DNA of 20,000 bases from an uncultured virus (IMG/VR IMGVR_UViG_3300020358_000003) (Duplodnaviria; Heunggongvirae; Uroviricota; Caudoviricetes): the IMG/VR virus record IMGVR_UViG_3300020358_000003; one strand, given 5' to 3'. This document shows, in pieces, positions 16,125 to 20,000 of the stretch; positions within the stretch are counted from its first letter, which is position 1, and the number at the start of each line of letters is the position of its first letter. The notes under the pieces were generated by a model. The model did no database searches and had not been told where the DNA came from. It worked only from the letters and a program-made list of their open reading frames with translations. The position numbers were made by a program, and so were the translations under genes.

Positions 16125-18626
16125 TTGAAAGCATTTTATACAAACGTAGCAAGATATGGCAACTCACTCTTATACCGTGGTTATAATGACCACGGTGTTC
16201 GTATTGATAAGCGAGTCAAGTTTAAACCAAAACTCTTTGTTCGTAGCAAAGAAAAAAATACAGTATGGAAAACCCTTGAAGGATTTTCTGTTGCACCAGT
16301 AGAATTTGAATCTATGAGAGCAGCAAAAGAATGGTTAGAGACTTACAAAGATATGGATAATGTCAAAATCTATGGCATGACTAATTATATCCAACAGTTT
16401 ATAACTAGTGCATTTCCAAATGAAATACAGTTTAATCGTAAAACAATCAATGTCGCCAACTTAGATATTGAAGTAGCATCAGATGATGGATTCCCACATC
16501 CAGATGCTGCTGATTATCCTGTTATATCAATTTGTCATAAATCGTCAACCTCTAATGTTTATCATGTTTGGGGTTTGGGTGAATATGATGTTGATAAGCG
16601 TGAAAACCAAAATTTGATTGTCCAGTATCGTCATTGTAAAAATGAATTAGAGTTATTAGCAAAGTACATGGAATTTTGGACTAAGAATCCACCAGATGTT
16701 ATAACTGGTTGGTATATTAAAATGTTTGACATGCCTTATCTAATTAATCGTATTACTAAAATTGCTGGTAATGATGTAGCAAAAAAGTTTTCCCCATGGG
16801 GTTTGATTAGTGAACGCAACGTAAATATCGCTGGTCAAAATAATAAACATTATGAAATAACTGGTATTTCTCAGTTAGATTATATGGACTTATTTAAAAA
16901 GTTTGGATATTCGTATGGAACTCAAGCATCGTACAAATTAGATCACATTGCCAATACTGTACTTGGCGAGAAAAAGTTATCGTATGAAGAGTATGGAACA
17001 CTTCATACTCTTTATAAAAATGATCATCAATTATTCATTGATTATAACATCAAAGATGTTTACCTAGTAGATAAAATTGATGAAAAGATGGATTTAATTA
17101 CTCTCGCGCTGACCATGGCATATCGTGGTGGTGTGAATTATGAAGCGACACTTGGAACAACTGCTATATGGGACTCAATTATATATCGTGAACTAAACAA
17201 ACAAAATATCGCGATACCGCCAAATGAAAACACAATCAAATCTCCATATCCAGGAGGTTACGTTAAAGAGCCTCAAGTCGGATTACATGATTGGGTGGTT
17301 TCGTTTGATTTGAATTCACTATATCCTAATTTGATTATTCAATATAATATGTCACCAGAAACTTTGGTTGTAGATATTGACAACACTTATCAATCAGGTG
17401 TTGAATATTATATGAATAATATTCCAAATGTAAAAAATGATCTTTCTGTAGCAGCAAACGGTTCAACTTATACTAGACAAAGGCAAGGCATTGTTCCTCA
17501 AATCATTGCAGATTATATGTTGGAGCGTAAAGCAACTAAGAAGTTGATGCTTGAAGCAATGCAAAAAAATCAAGATAATCCATCTACTGAACTTGAAAAG
17601 CAAATCAATCAACTTGAAAATCGGCAAATGGCGATTAAAATTCTATTGAATTCTCTTTATGGTGCTTTGGGTAATGCTTACTTTCGGTATTTTGATATGC
17701 GTGTCGCAGAAGGTATTACTCTGTCTGGACAGTTAGCGATTCAATGGGCAGAACGCGCTATGAATGATGAAATGAATAAAATACTCAAAACAGATAATTT
17801 TGATTATGTAATCGCTATTGATACTGACTCACTGTATATCAACTTTGGGCCTTTTGTAGATAAATTGAAACCTAATGACCCTGTTAAAGCATTGGACAAA
17901 ATTTGTGCTGAACATTTTGAAAAGGTTTTAGAGAAAGCGTATGATAAACTGTTTAATCAAATGAACGCATATACAAATCGCATGGTTATGGAAAGGGAAG
18001 CGATTGCAGATCGTGGTATCTGGACTGCCAAAAAACGATATTTACTGAATGTTCATAATAATGAAGGTGTTCAATACGCAGAACCAAAATTAAAGATCAT
18101 GGGTATTGAGGCTATCAAATCAAGCACACCTCAAGTGGTGCGAGATAAGTTTATGCATTCTTTTAAAATCATCATGTCTGGTTCTGAAGAAAAAACAAGA
18201 AAGTTTATTGCTGATTTCAAGAAAGAGTTTAAATCTCTACCACCAGAAGATATATCTTTTCCAAGAGGTGTTAGTGATATTATGAAATGGAGTGATAGAA
18301 ATACTATTTACAAGAAAGGAACGCCAATTCATGTGAGAGGTAGTTTACTTTATAATAATCAGATCAAAGATAAGGCATTAGGAAAAAAGTATGCACTTAT
18401 TCAGAATGGTGAAAAAATTAAGTTTTGCTATTTAAAGATGCCCAACCCTCTAAAGGAAAATGTTATATCATTTCCAGATTACATTCCAAGTGAGTTAAAT
18501 CTACATAGATATGTAAATTATGACGTTCAATTTGAAAAGACCTTTGTAGAACCAATTACACCAATCTTAGATGCAATTGGGTGGAGTGTAGAGGAAAGAT
18601 CATCATTAGAAGATTTTTTCTCCTAA
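16125..18626 (+). CDS. gp43: Family B DNA polymerase gp43
   Basis: Exo DIE, FD.PY, YNI.D; Pol SFDLNSLYP, KILLNSLYG, DTDS, KKRY; TTG start with GGAG RBS; no obvious intein or split. Confidence 0.98.
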   Translation: MKAFYTNVARYGNSLLYRGYNDHGVRIDKRVKFKPKLFVRSKEKNTVWKTLEGFSVAPVEFESMRAAKEWLETYKDMDNVKIYGMTNYIQQFITSAFPNEIQFNRKTINVANLDIEVASDDGFPHPDAADYPVISICHKSSTSNVYHVWGLGEYDVDKRENQNLIVQYRHCKNELELLAKYMEFWTKNPPDVITGWYIKMFDMPYLINRITKIAGNDVAKKFSPWGLISERNVNIAGQNNKHYEITGISQLDYMDLFKKFGYSYGTQASYKLDHIANTVLGEKKLSYEEYGTLHTLYKNDHQLFIDYNIKDVYLVDKIDEKMDLITLALTMAYRGGVNYEATLGTTAIWDSIIYRELNKQNIAIPPNENTIKSPYPGGYVKEPQVGLHDWVVSFDLNSLYPNLIIQYNMSPETLVVDIDNTYQSGVEYYMNNIPNVKNDLSVAANGSTYTRQRQGIVPQIIADYMLERKATKKLMLEAMQKNQDNPSTELEKQINQLENRQMAIKILLNSLYGALGNAYFRYFDMRVAEGITLSGQLAIQWAERAMNDEMNKILKTDNFDYVIAIDTDSLYINFGPFVDKLKPNDPVKALDKICAEHFEKVLEKAYDKLFNQMNAYTNRMVMEREAIADRGIWTAKKRYLLNVHNNEGVQYAEPKLKIMGIEAIKSSTPQVVRDKFMHSFKIIMSGSEEKTRKFIADFKKEFKSLPPEDISFPRGVSDIMKWSDRNTIYKKGTPIHVRGSLLYNNQIKDKALGKKYALIQNGEKIKFCYLKMPNPLKENVISFPDYIPSELNLHRYVNYDVQFEKTFVEPITPILDAIGWSVEERSSLEDFFS

Positions 18627-18667
18627 GAATTATATCTAAGTTATAAACCAAAAGGAATAATTATATT

Positions 18668-19228
18668 ATGAAACTAAAGCCAAGTGAAATGTACGATTTA
18701 GCAAAAAACAATGAAATACAGAATTATATACAAAACAATCTTTATGACCCATGGATAGGAAGCCCCTTTGAAGGATATAGATACATGGGTAATAAACAAA
18801 AGGGTGAACTAGGAGAGAGATTAGTAACTCTAATAATGGAAAAGGCTGGTTACAATGTTGAATTTGCTCACACATCAACCGCTGGATATGATAGAATTTT
18901 AAATGGAATTAAAACGGAAATTAAGTTTTCTGTTGCACATACAGACACTAAAAAAAGATCAATCAAAAAAGATTGTTTTACAATGAACCATGTCGCAGTT
19001 GGTAAAGATTGGGACCGTCTTATTTTTATTGGAGTAAATGAAAATCCTAATGAATTTAAGGCTGTGTATATGACAAAAGAAATGTTTGAAAACTGTCTGA
19101 AAACAGATAATCATTTTAATCATCAACAAGGTGGTAAAAAATCAAAGAATGATGATTATATGGTTACGGAGAAAAAACTTAGAGAACTAATACAATCAGA
19201 ATATGTAAAAGAATTGAGTGAATGGTAA
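18668..19228 (+). CDS. PD-(D/E)XK nuclease, putative restriction endonuclease
   Basis: KGELGE helix, GYD, then TEIKFS (E-x-K); overlaps a methyltransferase gene. Confidence 0.65.
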   Translation: MKLKPSEMYDLAKNNEIQNYIQNNLYDPWIGSPFEGYRYMGNKQKGELGERLVTLIMEKAGYNVEFAHTSTAGYDRILNGIKTEIKFSVAHTDTKKRSIKKDCFTMNHVAVGKDWDRLIFIGVNENPNEFKAVYMTKEMFENCLKTDNHFNHQQGGKKSKNDDYMVTEKKLRELIQSEYVKELSEW

Positions 19229-19950
19229 AAACTATACTTGGTGATTGCTTAGAGGTATTGCCTACAATTGAAGATAATTCAGTAGATATGCTTCTTGCTG
19301 ATCTTCCATATGGCACTACTGCATGTAAATGGGATTCTGTTATTCCATTAGATAAACTATGGGAACAATACAATAGGGTTTGTAAGAAAAATGCAGCAAT
19401 GGTTTTTACCGCAATGCAACCATTCACAACAATTCTTGCTGCTTCTAATATAGAAAATTTAAGATATGAATGGATTTGGGAAAAACCTCAAGGTACAAAT
19501 CCCATGAATGTAAAAATAATGCCTTTAAAGTCTCATGAAAACATCTTAGTATTTTACCGAGAGAAACCAACTTATAATCCTCAAATGTGGTATAGTACAC
19601 CGTATTCTGGATTTAGTAGCGATACTGCAAAAATTGGTGAAGTGTATGGCAATGCTGAATCAAAACATAGGGATAACCCAGAAGGATCAAGATACCCAAA
19701 AACAGTGATAAAACATAAACAAGAAAAGGGTTATCATCCTACTCAAAAACCAGTAGGTTTGATGAAATATTTAATAAAGACTTACACTAATGAATGGGAT
19801 GTTGTTCTTGATAATACGATGGGTTCTGGAACTACAGGAGTTGCTTGCGTTCATACAAATAGAGAATTTATAGGAATAGAAAAAGAAGAAAAGTATTTTA
19901 AAATAGCAGAAAAAAGATTAGGAACAAATTTAAACGAATTTTTCTATTGA
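19222..19950 (+). CDS. Beta-class N6-adenine/N4-cytosine DNA methyltransferase
   Basis: GDCLE, DLPYG (motif IV) near the N-terminus; HPTQKP and VLDNTMGSGTT (motif I) near the C-terminus. Confidence 0.92.
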   Translation: MVKTILGDCLEVLPTIEDNSVDMLLADLPYGTTACKWDSVIPLDKLWEQYNRVCKKNAAMVFTAMQPFTTILAASNIENLRYEWIWEKPQGTNPMNVKIMPLKSHENILVFYREKPTYNPQMWYSTPYSGFSSDTAKIGEVYGNAESKHRDNPEGSRYPKTVIKHKQEKGYHPTQKPVGLMKYLIKTYTNEWDVVLDNTMGSGTTGVACVHTNREFIGIEKEEKYFKIAEKRLGTNLNEFFY

Positions 19951-19975
19951 CTCTCTAATACGAATCATGTATTCA
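19947..19975 (+). promoter_or_regulatory. Possible sigma70-type promoter for the next gene
   Basis: TTGACT-17 nt-TATTCA; spacer contains CGAATCA. Confidence 0.4.
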
Positions 19976-20000
19976 TATAGTTGAAGTTAGTGAATAAAAC

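Noticed and set aside
16125..18626. Intein, intron or split in gp43
   Set aside because: Single 833-aa ORF with all motifs at normal spacing.
141..19427. Short - strand and alternate-frame ORFs in the track (e.g. 10204-10569, 13363-13695, 13814-14134, 15425-15742, 5752-6018)
   Set aside because: Shadow ORFs overlapping well-supported genes, with no recognisable motifs.

Overview
AT-rich segment of a T4-like (Tevenvirinae/Kyanoviridae-like) myophage genome; almost all genes are on the + strand. The core module runs gp3, uvsY, uvsW, hypothetical, gp55, gp47, gp46, gp45, hypothetical, gp44, DexA-like exonuclease, gp62, regA, then hsp20, small ORFs, gp43, and a PD-(D/E)XK nuclease plus DNA methyltransferase pair. 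Regulatory signals (RpoH-type promoter, ROSE element) point to a proteobacterial, possibly alphaproteobacterial, host (inference). The main finding is a ~3.7 kb island after regA (10025-13674), downstream of T4 late promoters. Six unrelated proteins in it share a ~10-aa N-terminal leader resembling the T4 internal-protein capsid-targeting sequence. The cargo includes a Mesh1/SpoT-type HD hydrolase, a CCA-adding tRNA nucleotidyltransferase and an HNH protein, suggesting a virion-packaged, injected tRNA 3'-end/alarmone rescue kit (hypothesis). Also notable: a sigma32-like promoter plus ROSE RNA thermometer on the phage hsp20, a perfect orphan antisense sigma70 promoter, and a late protein with an amicyanin-like copper motif. 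All calls come from reading motifs by eye; no searches were run.
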